Sequence record: SRR16203515_4249
Length of the DNA: 46,766 nt
Reading direction: 5' to 3' (one strand)
Numbering within the stretch: position 1 is the first letter of the stretch; each line of letters starts with the position of its first letter. This document shows positions 9,760 through 20,574 of the stretch, in pieces. The position numbers and the translations under genes were made by a program. Below the pieces are notes generated by a model. The model was not told where the DNA came from, searched no databases, and saw only the letters and a list, made by a program, of their open reading frames with translations.

Positions 9760-10629
9760 ATGTTAGATGACCTTGATGATATCCACCCATTGTTCGCGGG
9801 TGCCCCCTCGACAACCGAGTTCAAAAAATTGCGCAAGCGCATTGTGCGCAATGTGCGGGAGGCGATTGAACAATTTGGCATGATTGAGCGGGATGCGCGG
9901 TGGTTGGTGTGTTTATCGGGAGGCAAAGACAGCTATACGCTTTTGGCTGTATTGTACGAACTAAAATGGCGGGGCCTTTTGCCCGTTGCAATTTTGGCCT
10001 GTAATTTGGATCAGGGTCAACCTGGGTTTCCCGCAACAGTCCTGCCTGAGTTCTTGGAAAAAATGGGCGTCCCCCACCGCATCGAATATCAGGACACCTA
10101 TTCCGTGGTCATGGACAAAGTTCCAGAAGGCCGAACATTCTGTGCCCTGTGTTCCCGTCTAAGACGGGGGCATTTGTACCGAATCGCCCGCGAAGAGGGG
10201 TGTTCAGCCGTGGTTTTGGGGCATCACCGCGATGATATGTTGGAAACATTTTTTATGAACCTGTTTCATGGCGGACGTTTGGCAACAATGCCCCCGAAAC
10301 TTGTGAATGAAGAAGGTGATTTGTTCGTTTATCGCCCTCTTGCATTTGTCGCAGAAAAAGACTGCGCAAATTTTGCGCGTGCCATGCAATACCCGATCAT
10401 TCCCTGTGATCTGTGTGGATCACAGGATGGTTTGCAGCGTCAGCAAGTGAAACAAATTTTAGACCAATGGGAAAAGAACTCTCCTGGTCGTCGTCAGGTG
10501 ATGTTCCGCGCCCTGATGAACGTACGTCCATCGCATTTGGTTGATCCAAAACTATTCGATTTTGCGGGGTTGATGCGCGATCCTGATAAATTTGAATTAA
10601 ATTCGGGCGACATTCCGAATTTACGTTAA
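9760..10629 (+). CDS. ttcA: tRNA 2-thiocytidine(32) synthetase
   Basis: SGGKDS PP-loop, [23 protein letters not shown]. Confidence 0.96.
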   Translation: MLDDLDDIHPLFAGAPSTTEFKKLRKRIVRNVREAIEQFGMIERDARWLVCLSGGKDSYTLLAVLYELKWRGLLPVAILACNLDQGQPGFPATVLPEFLEKMGVPHRIEYQDTYSVVMDKVPEGRTFCALCSRLRRGHLYRIAREEGCSAVVLGHHRDDMLETFFMNLFHGGRLATMPPKLVNEEGDLFVYRPLAFVAEKDCANFARAMQYPIIPCDLCGSQDGLQRQQVKQILDQWEKNSPGRRQVMFRALMNVRPSHLVDPKLFDFAGLMRDPDKFELNSGDIPNLR

Positions 10630-10689
10630 GCGCGTCTTAGCATTCTCGCTTCACCTTGGGTGCATTGCGGCATTAAGGGGACGCTCAAC

Positions 10690-12186
10690 ATGGGCATCAT
10701 CGATAAATTTGACGATACGGTTCGGTTAAATCTGCGTCGATTTGGATTAACTGCGCTGCCATTATTTTCCGTAACCGTGGCCTTGAACGCCCCGCTAGAG
10801 GTAGCATTGTTGTGCGGCACATCCTGTTCTGCGCTGGCGCTACTGGGGTCACGCCCCGCAAAAATTCGCCCTACTGTTGGCAGACAGATGTATCGCACGG
10901 CACAGTATTTATTGGCCAACTTTACACCCTTTGCTGAAACTTCAACGATCAAACCCTGTCTATTATTTGCAATGCAACTCGACGGGCTTGATGCATGGCG
11001 CGCGCGATTTGGGCGAGAGGCGACGCGGACGCTGTTGCAGCATGCCTATGATCGCATCGATGGCGCATTGCGAAATGACGATGTTGTTGTCCACACATCT
11101 GATCATCAATTTTACGCGCTGGTGGTGGTCAACAATCTCTGTGATTTGGCAGCGACACTGGCCATCGGAAACCGTTTGCAAAAGGCAATTGACCCCGGTT
11201 TCCAAATCGACGGAAGGAAATATTATTTCAGCCTATCCGTGGGCATCGCGGACAGTCGGCATTATCCACAAGTTACCGCCAAAAGATTGGTCCGCAGCGC
11301 CAACAGCGCGCTGAACCGAGCGCGGTATTCGGGTGATGGCCAAATGCGTTTGTTTTCGCCTGACATGGACCAAAACGCAAAATCAAAACCACGTGTCACG
11401 AGCCCCGCTCTGCGAACCGCGCTTTATGATCGCAAAATTCGGGCTTGGTTTCAGACGCAAATTTGCGCCAGATCAGGTCAAATTTTGGGATTTGAGGCAT
11501 TGGCGCTTTGGGAACAAGGGGATGGTACGCAAATCCCCCCGCTTGAGTTTTTGCATGTTTTGGAAAGCTCGGGCCAAATGCGCGATATGACTGATAACAT
11601 GATTGCAGATGCACTGAAATCATGGATATGGTGGAAATCCGCGGGCTGGGACATTCCACACGTTAGTGTGAACCTAAGCCCCGATGACCTTGCAGATCCT
11701 GATTTACCTAAACGTGTTGAATGGATGCTGGACAATTTCAAAGTGTCCGCTAACGTCCTATGTTTGGAAATCGTGAAAAATGTGATCGCACAGGATGCAA
11801 ATGATGTCTGTGTCAGCAACATTAAATGCCTATCCGAAATGGGGTGTAAAATTGATTTGGACGATTTTGGAACGGGCCATGCCTCGATCACATCAATCCG
11901 CCATTTCAAGGTGGATCGGATCAAGATTGACCGCAGCTTTGTCACGAAATGTGACCAAGATACTGCGCAATCGCGCTTGGCAAACGCCATGATCCAAATG
12001 CCGCAACAACTCGATTTAGAAGTCGTTGCAGAGGGCGTCGAAACAATCGGCGAACAGTGCCACATGGTTGATCTGGGTGTTGATGCATTGCAGGGATACT
12101 AGATTGCGCATCCACTGGCCCCCGAAAAGGTGGTTGCATGGATGGAAGGCTATTTCAAAAAGCAACGCCGCAAGGCTGCCGTTTAG
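10690..12186 (+). pseudogene. GGDEF-EAL c-di-GMP protein with an internal TAG and degenerate motifs
   Basis: FEAL, DDFGTG, IKIDRSFV, AEGVET present. QGY*IAHPL... reads through TAG 12100-12102 to TAG 12184-12186. The GGDEF position reads TSDHQF. Confidence 0.75.
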
Positions 12187-12303
12187 GGCATTTTCCCGCG
12201 CGATACATGCGTTGATCCGCAAAAACGCCCTCTTGCCTCTTGACCTTTTAGGTCAATCTCTATTGAACCCACCTCAGTATTGACACGACAGGTGGCGCCT
12301 AAA

Positions 12304-14091
12304 ATGGATGATCAAAACAAAAACCTAATTCTTGCTTCGGTCCTCAGCATGCTTGTGCTGATCGTATGGTTCGTTTTGTTTCCCCCACCCGTCCCAGAAG
12401 AACAGGTGACCGATGCTGCCGACGCAATTTCAACGCCCGTTGAATTGCCCGCCACCGATCAAGAAACGCAGGTCGTTGCAGATGAACAGGTCGCAACCAC
12501 GGCCGAGGCTGCGCGTGTGACGGTAGACACCCCAAGAATTTCTGGATCCATCTCAACAGTTGGTGCACGCCTTGATACGCTGCAGTTAAAAGATTTCCGC
12601 GTTTCGTTGGATGAAGGCGCCGAAAACGTTCGCGTTTTGAAACCACTGGGCGAGGATGAGGCATTTTACAGCGCCTTTGGTTGGATGACCCTATCGGGCA
12701 CGGATGCAACGGCCATGCCCTCACCCGATACAATTTGGGAAATTCAGGGGAATGATGTACTAACGCCTGACGCCCCTGTGACGCTGACTTGGAACAACGG
12801 TCAAGGCCTGAATTTCATCCACGAAGTATCCGTTGACGAAGATTTCCTATTCACAGTTCGTCAAAGCGTTGAAAACACCTCTGGCCAAGAGGTGACACTG
12901 CGCCCCTACGGATTGTTGCGCCGTCATGGCGAACCCTCGAATGTGAAGAATTTCTTTATCCTGCACGAAGGCATCATCCGCATGACGGATGGCGAACTTG
13001 CAGAAGATGGCTACAGCGATGTCGTTGATTTTGACATTGATCCACGTGAAGGCACCCATGCAGACCGCCAAGACGTTGCAGAAAGCGGTTGGATTGGTTT
13101 CACAGATCACTATTGGATGTCTGTCCTTGCACCGGAAAAAGGTACAGGTTTTCGTTCAACGGCCAAATATTTTGAGGCCTCAAATATCTACCAAACCGAG
13201 GCTGTATTAAATCCATTGGTCGTCGCAAACGGCACAGCGGTAAGCGCCACAACTCAGATGTTTGTCGGTGCAAAAGAATGGGAAACAATCCGCAACTATG
13301 AAAAAACAGGGATTGAAGGCTTTCTTGATAGCATTGATTGGGGTTGGTTCTTTTTCATTACCAAACCAATGTTTGCGGTCTTGCATTGGCTGAACCTTTT
13401 GATTGGCAACATGGGTTGGGCGATTATTGGACTGACGCTATTGATCAAGGCGCTCTTGTTCCCATTGGCGTACAAATCCTACGTCTCGATGGCCAAGATG
13501 AAAGAATTGCAGCCTGAGATGGAAAAAATCAAAAAGCAGGCAGGTGACGATCGTCAAAAGATGCAGCAAATGACAATGAAGCTGTATCAAGAGAAAAAGG
13601 TGAATCCTGCCGCAGGTTGTTTGCCGATTTTGGTTCAAATTCCAATCTTCTTCTCACTTTATAAAGTGATCTTTGTAACGTTGGAATTGCGCCATGCCCC
13701 ATGGTTTGGTTGGATCAAAGATCTAAGCGCGCCTGATCCCAGTTCGATCTGGAACTTGTTTGGCTTGCTGCCTTACGCGGTACCCTCACAAGATGGCATT
13801 TTTGTCTTTATCGCATTGGGTATTTTGCCGATCTTGCTTGGTATCTCAATGTGGCTACAACAAAAATTGAACCCAGCCCCCACCGATCCAACACAGGCGA
13901 TGATCTTTGCATGGATGCCTTGGGTCTTCATGTTTATGCTGGGATCTTTTGCAAGTGGCTTGGTGATTTACTGGATTGCCAACAACATGATCACCTTTAC
14001 CCAACAGTATTTGATCATGCGCTCGCAGGGTTTCAAACCAGATGTGTTTGGGAACATTCGTCAAAGCTTTCAACGTAACAAAGCTGAATGA
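12304..14091 (+). CDS. yidC: Membrane protein insertase
   Basis: IDWGWFFFITKP, GNMGWAII, NPAAGCLPILVQIPIFF, GLVIYW. Confidence 0.97.
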   Translation: MDDQNKNLILASVLSMLVLIVWFVLFPPPVPEEQVTDAADAISTPVELPATDQETQVVADEQVATTAEAARVTVDTPRISGSISTVGARLDTLQLKDFRVSLDEGAENVRVLKPLGEDEAFYSAFGWMTLSGTDATAMPSPDTIWEIQGNDVLTPDAPVTLTWNNGQGLNFIHEVSVDEDFLFTVRQSVENTSGQEVTLRPYGLLRRHGEPSNVKNFFILHEGIIRMTDGELAEDGYSDVVDFDIDPREGTHADRQDVAESGWIGFTDHYWMSVLAPEKGTGFRSTAKYFEASNIYQTEAVLNPLVVANGTAVSATTQMFVGAKEWETIRNYEKTGIEGFLDSIDWGWFFFITKPMFAVLHWLNLLIGNMGWAIIGLTLLIKALLFPLAYKSYVSMAKMKELQPEMEKIKKQAGDDRQKMQQMTMKLYQEKKVNPAAGCLPILVQIPIFFSLYKVIFVTLELRHAPWFGWIKDLSAPDPSSIWNLFGLLPYAVPSQDGIFVFIALGILPILLGISMWLQQKLNPAPTDPTQAMIFAWMPWVFMFMLGSFASGLVIYWIANNMITFTQQYLIMRSQGFKPDVFGNIRQSFQRNKAE

Positions 14092-14828
14092 TTAAGGTCG
14101 TCGAAATATGGCGTCACCCGATCAAATCGCATGGGCGCGAGGCACTTAATACGGTTGCGGTCACAGCGGGGCAGACGCTTCCGCTTGATCGTGCATGGGC
14201 GGTTGCGCATGACCAAACTGATGCAGATGGTTCACAATGGGCTTCCTGTGCCAATTTTTCACGCGGAGCCAAGGCCCCGTCATTGATGGCCATAAACGCA
14301 GAGTGGGATGATCATAATCATTTGATGACCCTAACCCACCCATCCAAAGCGCCACTGTCATTCGATCCTGATCAAGAGGGTGCGAAATTGATTGAATGGA
14401 CCAAAGGAATGGTTCCAGAAAACCGTGCCCAATCCGCACGCTTAGTCCGCGCGCAACAATCAGGGATGACCGACACAGATTATCCATCGATTTCGATTGG
14501 CAACATGGCCACCCACCGCGCGATTGAACAAAAACACGGCCGTCCACTTTCGAATTTACGCTGGCGCTGCAACATTTGGGTGGATGGTGCCGCACCATGG
14601 GAAGAATTCGAATGGATCGGAAAAAATATTAAAATCGGTGGGGTTACCTTTGAAATCAAGGAACCTGTGACACGCTGCCATGCAACAACGGCAAATCCAG
14701 AGACAGGTGCCAGAGACGCCGACACCTTAGCAGTTTTGGACACGTGGGATCACCAAGAGATGACAGTCTATGGTGTCGCGAGCACAAATGGACAACTCGC
14801 CATTGGCGATGAATTACAGGTGATGTGA
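14088..14828 (+). CDS. MOSC domain-containing protein
   Basis: IWRHPIKSHG N-terminal barrel, RWRCNIWVDG...WEEFEW, RCHATTANPETG. Confidence 0.88.
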   Translation: MIKVVEIWRHPIKSHGREALNTVAVTAGQTLPLDRAWAVAHDQTDADGSQWASCANFSRGAKAPSLMAINAEWDDHNHLMTLTHPSKAPLSFDPDQEGAKLIEWTKGMVPENRAQSARLVRAQQSGMTDTDYPSISIGNMATHRAIEQKHGRPLSNLRWRCNIWVDGAAPWEEFEWIGKNIKIGGVTFEIKEPVTRCHATTANPETGARDADTLAVLDTWDHQEMTVYGVASTNGQLAIGDELQVM

Positions 14829-15478
14829 TGCAACTTCCTTTTCCTTTGGCCCCAGAACCCGATGACATGTCACGCGAAAACGGGCGTCTTTTATTCGCGC
14901 GCGGCAGCGACTTTCTAAAAGGTGTGGTTGCCATGTCTGGACTGCCGCCCGCAGATCGGATTGAGGTGTGTTTTGCAGGTCGATCAAACGTTGGGAAATC
15001 CAGTCTGATCAATGCACTGACGGGCCGCAAAGGATTGGCACGCGCATCAAACACACCGGGACGCACACAAGAAATCAATTTTTTCACGACGGATGAAAGC
15101 CACTACTTGGTTGATTTACCCGGGTATGGATTTGCCAATGCTCCCTTACCCGTTGTGGAGAAATGGCAGCGCCTATTGAAGCAATATTTGTCGGGCCGTC
15201 AGTCGCTGCGCCGTTCATTTGTTTTGATCGACAGTCGACATGGCGTGAAAAAAGTGGACGAAGAAATCCTCTCCTTGCTGGATTCATCTGCGGTCACATT
15301 CCAATGCGTTATGACCAAAGCAGATAAAATCAAAGACCATCAAATGGACAAGGTTTTGGATCAGGTCCGCGGTGCATTGTCAAAACACCCTGCTGCGTTC
15401 CCTGAAATTATCGTGACCTCGTCCGAAAAAGGTGTTGGGATTGACACCCTACGGTCAACAATTGCACATATCCAATAA
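14828..15478 (+). CDS. engB: Ribosome biogenesis GTP-binding protein YihA/YsxC
   Basis: GRSNVGKSS, TPGRT, DLPGYG, TKADK. Confidence 0.96.
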   Translation: MQLPFPLAPEPDDMSRENGRLLFARGSDFLKGVVAMSGLPPADRIEVCFAGRSNVGKSSLINALTGRKGLARASNTPGRTQEINFFTTDESHYLVDLPGYGFANAPLPVVEKWQRLLKQYLSGRQSLRRSFVLIDSRHGVKKVDEEILSLLDSSAVTFQCVMTKADKIKDHQMDKVLDQVRGALSKHPAAFPEIIVTSSEKGVGIDTLRSTIAHIQ

Positions 15479-15526
15479 TTTGGATGACCACGATTGCGCC
15501 AAGCCAACGAAATGGAGTGCGCCAAA

Positions 15527-16390
15527 ATGAAGAAACAAGATATGAACCGTGATTGGATTGCCACCGCCCGCACGCTGTCCCAAGCCCTGCCCTACCTGCA
15601 ACGTTATTCAGACGCGATCGTTGTCATTAAACTGGGCGGTCATGCGATGACGAGTGACGAAGCGATGGACAGCTTTGCGCGCGACGTTGTTTTGATGCGG
15701 CAGGTTGGGATTAACCCTGTGATTGTCCATGGTGGCGGGCCAATGATCAACGCGCTTCTGGATAAGCTAGAAATCAAATCCGAATTCGTCAATGGCAAAC
15801 GTGTCACCGACGCAGCAACGATGGAAGTTGTTGAAATGGTGCTATCAGGCACTGTCAACAAACGCATCGTACAAGCCATCAATAAACAAGGCGGTCGCGC
15901 TGTTGGCCTGTCTGGTAAGGACGCAAATTTGGTCGTCTGCGATCCTGCTGATCCCGCGTTGGGACTGGTTGGCAATCCATCGGAGATTAACCCAGAGGTC
16001 ATTCGCACCTTATTCGAAAACGATTTGATCCCTGTGATCGCGCCATTGGGTGCAGGGCGCAAAGGTGAAACGTTTAACATCAACGGGGATACCGTTGCAG
16101 GGGCCATTGCGGGGGCGTTAAGCGCGGACCGTTTGTTGTTATTGACGGATGTCAGTGGCGTTAAAAACGCGGATGGCGATGTATTGACCGAAATGAATTC
16201 TGATCAAATTCGCGAAATGACAGCCTCTGGCGTGATCGCGGGTGGGATGATACCGAAAACGGAAACCGCGCTTGCCGCATTAGAGGAAGGCGTAAAGGCG
16301 GTTGTTATCCTAGATGGCCGTGCGCCAAACGCCTGTTTGTTGGAACTGTTTACAGAACATGGTGCGGGCTCCATCATCAGGTTGGCGTGA
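15527..16390 (+). CDS. argB: Acetylglutamate kinase
   Basis: [32 protein letters not shown]. Confidence 0.96.
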   Translation: MKKQDMNRDWIATARTLSQALPYLQRYSDAIVVIKLGGHAMTSDEAMDSFARDVVLMRQVGINPVIVHGGGPMINALLDKLEIKSEFVNGKRVTDAATMEVVEMVLSGTVNKRIVQAINKQGGRAVGLSGKDANLVVCDPADPALGLVGNPSEINPEVIRTLFENDLIPVIAPLGAGRKGETFNINGDTVAGAIAGALSADRLLLLTDVSGVKNADGDVLTEMNSDQIREMTASGVIAGGMIPKTETALAALEEGVKAVVILDGRAPNACLLELFTEHGAGSIIRLA

Positions 16391-16431
16391 TCGCGGTTGA
16401 TTTTATGATGGTGCTGATTAGGTTTTTGCCC

Positions 16432-17226
16432 ATGGAACACGAAGCGATCATTCGATTATCAATCTTTTTAGGGATTTTTGGAGCCCTCTCTTTGGTTGAG
16501 GTTTTGAACCCGCGTCGCGCACGTGTTGTTAGCCGAAAAAAACGGTGGTTCACAAATTGGGGTATCATCCTTGTTGATACGCTTGCACTGCGTTTATTGG
16601 CGCTGATACTCCCCCTGCTGGCAGTCGGGGCGTCAGTGGATGCGCATGCCCTTGGACTGGGACTGTTTAACATCCTTGATTTACCGGTTGCGGTTGAATT
16701 TATCCTAGCGATTTTAGTGTTGGATTTTGCCATTTGGTTGCAACACCTGCTGACACATAAAATCCCGTTCCTGTGGCGATTACACCGCGTGCATCACGCA
16801 GATCGCGACATGGATGTGACAACAGCGATCCGATTCCACCCCATCGAAATTCTATTGTCCATGCTGTTGAAGATTGGGTTGGCCTACCTTTTGGGACCAT
16901 CCGCACTTGCGGTGATCGTGTTTGAAATCATGCTCAATGGGCTGGCCATGTTTAATCACGCCAATATCCATCTGCCCCGGCGCATTGACCGGATTGTGCG
17001 TAAACTCATTGTGACCCCAGATATGCATCGGGTGCATCATTCTGTTGAACGCAGCGAACATGATGCAAACTATGGCTTTGCCCTGTCGATTTGGGATCAG
17101 ATATTCGGCACCTATATCGCCCAACCAAACAAAGGGCACGACAAAATGACCGTTGGTTTGCAATGGCAGGATACACGCCCAGATCAATTATGGTGGAGTT
17201 TATGGCTACCCTTTCGACGCAAATAG
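16432..17226 (+). CDS. Sterol desaturase / fatty acid hydroxylase family protein
   Basis: His boxes HLLTH, HRVHH, FNHAN, HRVHH and WDQIFGT. Alternative GTG start at 16387. Confidence 0.88.
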   Translation: MEHEAIIRLSIFLGIFGALSLVEVLNPRRARVVSRKKRWFTNWGIILVDTLALRLLALILPLLAVGASVDAHALGLGLFNILDLPVAVEFILAILVLDFAIWLQHLLTHKIPFLWRLHRVHHADRDMDVTTAIRFHPIEILLSMLLKIGLAYLLGPSALAVIVFEIMLNGLAMFNHANIHLPRRIDRIVRKLIVTPDMHRVHHSVERSEHDANYGFALSIWDQIFGTYIAQPNKGHDKMTVGLQWQDTRPDQLWWSLWLPFRRK

Positions 17227-17870
17227 GATTTGATGACCTATCGGGCGCGTGTGCAGCGCATGGATTGCGGATTGCGGGGGTGTGCGATGTGCGCGGTGAT
17301 GATAGCCTGCCAAATCTCGCATCATTGGTTTTGCTTGCCCCAAGTGAACCAGGGTTTTGGGGTGTGTTTGCAAACTCTGCTGAATATAATGACGGGTGTG
17401 AACACCCCATGGATCGTTGGTCCGCGCGTGTGATCGGAAATTTAAGCACCGAATGTGGTGGAACCCTCTATTTCCCCTTTGGTGGCGCGCCATATCATCC
17501 ATTTTATTTTTGGGCGCTCAGCACAGGGCGCGTCTATGCCTCCCCTCTGCGATTTTTGGTAGACCACGAAAGCGGGCTTTATGTATCGTTTCGGGGCGCA
17601 ATCGGATTTACACATGAAATCGCAGATCCGCGCCCAGTCCTATCAACACCCTGCGCGGGATGTGCTGCGCCCTGTTTAACCAGTTGCCCTGCTGATGCAG
17701 TGGATGAAAACGATTACAATGTTCCAAAATGCAAATCATATCTGATAAACGCCACTGGAAGTTGCGAAACATTCGGGTGCGCGGCGCGGCGCGCGTGTCC
17801 TCACACTGCGAAAACACAGCGACCAACAGCGCATGCCCAATTTCACATGCGCGCCTTCATGGGCGCATAA
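17202..17870 (+). CDS. Fe-S ferredoxin-domain protein (QueG-like C-terminal Cys cluster)
   Basis: HPMDRWS, GLYVSFRGA, CAGCAAPCLTSCP, GCAARRACP; start uncertain. Confidence 0.75.
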   Translation: MATLSTQIGFDDLSGACAAHGLRIAGVCDVRGDDSLPNLASLVLLAPSEPGFWGVFANSAEYNDGCEHPMDRWSARVIGNLSTECGGTLYFPFGGAPYHPFYFWALSTGRVYASPLRFLVDHESGLYVSFRGAIGFTHEIADPRPVLSTPCAGCAAPCLTSCPADAVDENDYNVPKCKSYLINATGSCETFGCAARRACPHTAKTQRPTAHAQFHMRAFMGA

Positions 17871-17877
17871 GCCCGAA

Positions 17878-18909
17878 TTAATTTTCGAAATCAGACCACT
17901 TTAGCTGTTGGTTACGTGTCACCGCCACCTTTAGTGTTTTGCCAACAACCTTATCAAACTCAAACCCTGCGATTTCACCCGACCCTGGACGACGTGCCCA
18001 GATATCGGATTCCGTAATCACCTGCCCCGCAGCCAAATCTGCATCCGCCACAACAGACGCACGGGCAAAGCGATACACATCCTCTTCAGGACCAGTGCGC
18101 TGTTTCGGGTTCATCAGTGCCGTATGGATTTCACGAGATCGGTCAATCAAAAACCGTAGCTCCGCAGGGTCCATTGAATTGATAATGTCGGGCCCTTTGC
18201 GATAGCGCGTGTCTGTGTAGTGACGTTCCAATATTGATGCGCCCAACGCGACAGAAGCCAACGCCATTTCAGGGCCAATCGAGTGATCAGAAAAACCAAC
18301 AACCGCATTTGGGAAGGCCGCCTTCAAATCGGTCACGCCCTGCAAACTAACAATTTCAGGTGGTGACGGATAAAGGTTCGTGCATTCCAACAACGCATAT
18401 TCAATACCCGCATCCTCAAGGATTTGAACGCTTTCTTGTAGGGTTTCAATCGTCTGCATGCCCGTTGACATGATCACGGGTTTCCCCTTGCGCGCGATGT
18501 GACGGATCAGGGGTAGATTGTCCGCTTCACCCGATCCGATTTTGTATGCAGGCACGTCCAAGGTTTCCAAAAAATCCACCGCCGCACGTGAGAAGGGTGT
18601 TGAGATATAGATCAATCCCAATTCTTCGGTGTAGCGTTTTAGTTCGGCTTCATCCTCACGCGACAACGCGCATTCCGCCATAACATCCCAAATGGACACA
18701 TCTGCATTCGGTGGAAAAATCTGTTTCGCCTCATCCGTCATTTCATCTTCGACGATGTGCGTTTGATGCTTTGCACATTCGCACCCAGAAAGTGCAGCAA
18801 GGCGCACCATGTTTTTGGCGACCTCTAAATCGCCCCCATGGTTGATGCCAATTTCAGCGATCACAAGGGGTGGATGGGAAGGTGATATTTCGCGATTACC
18901 GATTTTCAT
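17878..18909 (-). CDS. neuB: N-acetylneuraminate synthase with C-terminal SAF domain
   Basis: EIGINHGG, KHQTH, YKIGSGE, GFSDH, LERH; C-terminal SVVADADL...RRPGSG. Confidence 0.92.
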   Translation of the reverse strand: MKIGNREISPSHPPLVIAEIGINHGGDLEVAKNMVRLAALSGCECAKHQTHIVEDEMTDEAKQIFPPNADVSIWDVMAECALSREDEAELKRYTEELGLIYISTPFSRAAVDFLETLDVPAYKIGSGEADNLPLIRHIARKGKPVIMSTGMQTIETLQESVQILEDAGIEYALLECTNLYPSPPEIVSLQGVTDLKAAFPNAVVGFSDHSIGPEMALASVALGASILERHYTDTRYRKGPDIINSMDPAELRFLIDRSREIHTALMNPKQRTGPEEDVYRFARASVVADADLAAGQVITESDIWARRPGSGEIAGFEFDKVVGKTLKVAVTRNQQLKWSDFEN

Positions 18910-18977
18910 GGTCGCCTCGTATGAAATTCTATTTCTGTTTGCCGCATATAATCAGCAACCGCGCCACTGGCAAAGGG

Positions 18978-19478
18978 CTATTCACGTGTCTCACTGGGAT
19001 AGACGCCCCAAAGGGCGAATTTTTGCGCCCATCCTTTGTATCCGCCCGCTTCAACTTCGCACCATATCTTGGTGCAGGTTCCCAAATCCGCGACAACGTT
19101 TTTTTCAAATCGTGCGACGACAATCGCATTTTCATCGGGCTTGCGAAAAACATTCGTCAAATCCTGCGTGATTAAAACCGTGCGCACGCCGGACAAAAGC
19201 GAATAGTGAATCCAACCACCTGCCCCTTCATAATCACGGACGCGTCGCCAATTTTCGTATTCGGCATAAATTTCCAACGGGACGCCGCGCCGCTTATAAA
19301 CCCAATCAATTTTATGCGATAGGGACGGACCACGCCGCGCATTCGCCTCGCCCGCTTTTAAAGACACATATCGCGGCATTGGCAGGTTTGTAACAGGCCC
19401 CTTTTTGGCGGGTTCCGCAAGAATGGATTGGGCGAAAAACATCGCCATGCTGGTACAGATCAAAATCGCTTTGTGCAT
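18978..19478 (-). CDS. Exported tandem bacterial SH3 domain protein
   Basis: Signal peptide, then GPVTNLPMPRYVSLK, NARRGPS, WRRVRD, GWIHYSLLSG, WCEV...GW. The ORF extends to 19541. Confidence 0.85.
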   Translation of the reverse strand: MHKAILICTSMAMFFAQSILAEPAKKGPVTNLPMPRYVSLKAGEANARRGPSLSHKIDWVYKRRGVPLEIYAEYENWRRVRDYEGAGGWIHYSLLSGVRTVLITQDLTNVFRKPDENAIVVARFEKNVVADLGTCTKIWCEVEAGGYKGWAQKFALWGVYPSETRE

Positions 19479-19587
19479 CTTTTGCTCACTCGGTACTGTT
19501 CTTTTTGGAATGGGTTCTTGTGCCCAAGGAAATTTTATCACACTCTGCCACCAATGATAAACGGATTAAAGCCTACGGAGCCTATCG

Positions 19588-20574
19588 ATGTCAGGAAATC
19601 GGACGAAAGTTGTGTTAACCCGACGGTTGCCCGAACTCGTCGAGACCCGATTGAAAGAGCTTTTCGATGTCACCCTTCGTAATCATGACACACCCATGTC
19701 GCGCGCTGAATTGGTGGATGCCATCAAAACCTGTGATGTACTGGTTCCTACCATCACAGACAAAATTGATGCAGGACTCTTGGGGCAGGCAGGTGCAAAT
19801 CTAAAACTTATCGCGAATTTTGGTGCAGGGATTGATCACATCGACGTGGAAACGGCACGTCAGCGGGGCATTTTGGTTTCGAACACACCTGATGTCGTGA
19901 CCGAGGATACCGCCGACATGGCCATGGCGTTGTTGATGGCCGTTGTGCGCAAAATTCCCCAAGGATTGCAAGCGATGCAATCAGGGGAATGGACGGGTTG
20001 GTCCCCCACTGCCTATTTGGGCGGCAGACTGGGTGGACGCAGGTTGGGCATATTGGGCATGGGGCGCATCGGTCAGGCCGTAGCGCGACGCGCCAGTGCG
20101 TTTGGCATGCAAATCCACTATCACAATCGTCGCCGATTACGCCCCGAGATTGAAGACACATTGGGCGCGACCTATTGGGAAAGTTTGGATCAAATGGTGG
20201 CACGCATGGATATCCTGTCCATCAATTGTCCGCATACGCCATCAACCTTTCATTTGATGAATGCGCGTCGTTTGCGATTGTTAAAACCAAGTGCCGTTAT
20301 CGTGAATACATCACGCGGCGAAGTCATTGATGAAAATGCGCTGACGCGCATGTTGCGTGCCAGCGAATTGGCAGGTGCGGGATTGGACGTTTATGAACAT
20401 GGTACCGACATAAACCCACGCCTGCGGGAATTGGAAAATGTTGTCCTGCTGCCGCATATGGGATCAGCCACGCTTGAGGGGCGGGTTGAGATGGGGGAAA
20501 AGGTGATTATTAACATCAAAACCTTTGCTGACGGGCATCGCCCGCCAGACATGGTCGTCCCCTCAATGCTGTAG
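19588..20574 (+). CDS. D-2-hydroxyacid dehydrogenase (glyoxylate/D-glycerate reductase)
   Basis: GILGMGRIG, VNTSRGEV, GLDVYE, LPHMGSAT. Confidence 0.92.
   Translation: MSGNRTKVVLTRRLPELVETRLKELFDVTLRNHDTPMSRAELVDAIKTCDVLVPTITDKIDAGLLGQAGANLKLIANFGAGIDHIDVETARQRGILVSNTPDVVTEDTADMAMALLMAVVRKIPQGLQAMQSGEWTGWSPTAYLGGRLGGRRLGILGMGRIGQAVARRASAFGMQIHYHNRRRLRPEIEDTLGATYWESLDQMVARMDILSINCPHTPSTFHLMNARRLRLLKPSAVIVNTSRGEVIDENALTRMLRASELAGAGLDVYEHGTDINPRLRELENVVLLPHMGSATLEGRVEMGEKVIINIKTFADGHRPPDMVVPSML

Noticed and set aside
12100-12102. Programmed amber readthrough in the GGDEF-EAL gene
   Set aside because: Other conserved residues are also degenerate, so nonsense decay or error is simpler.
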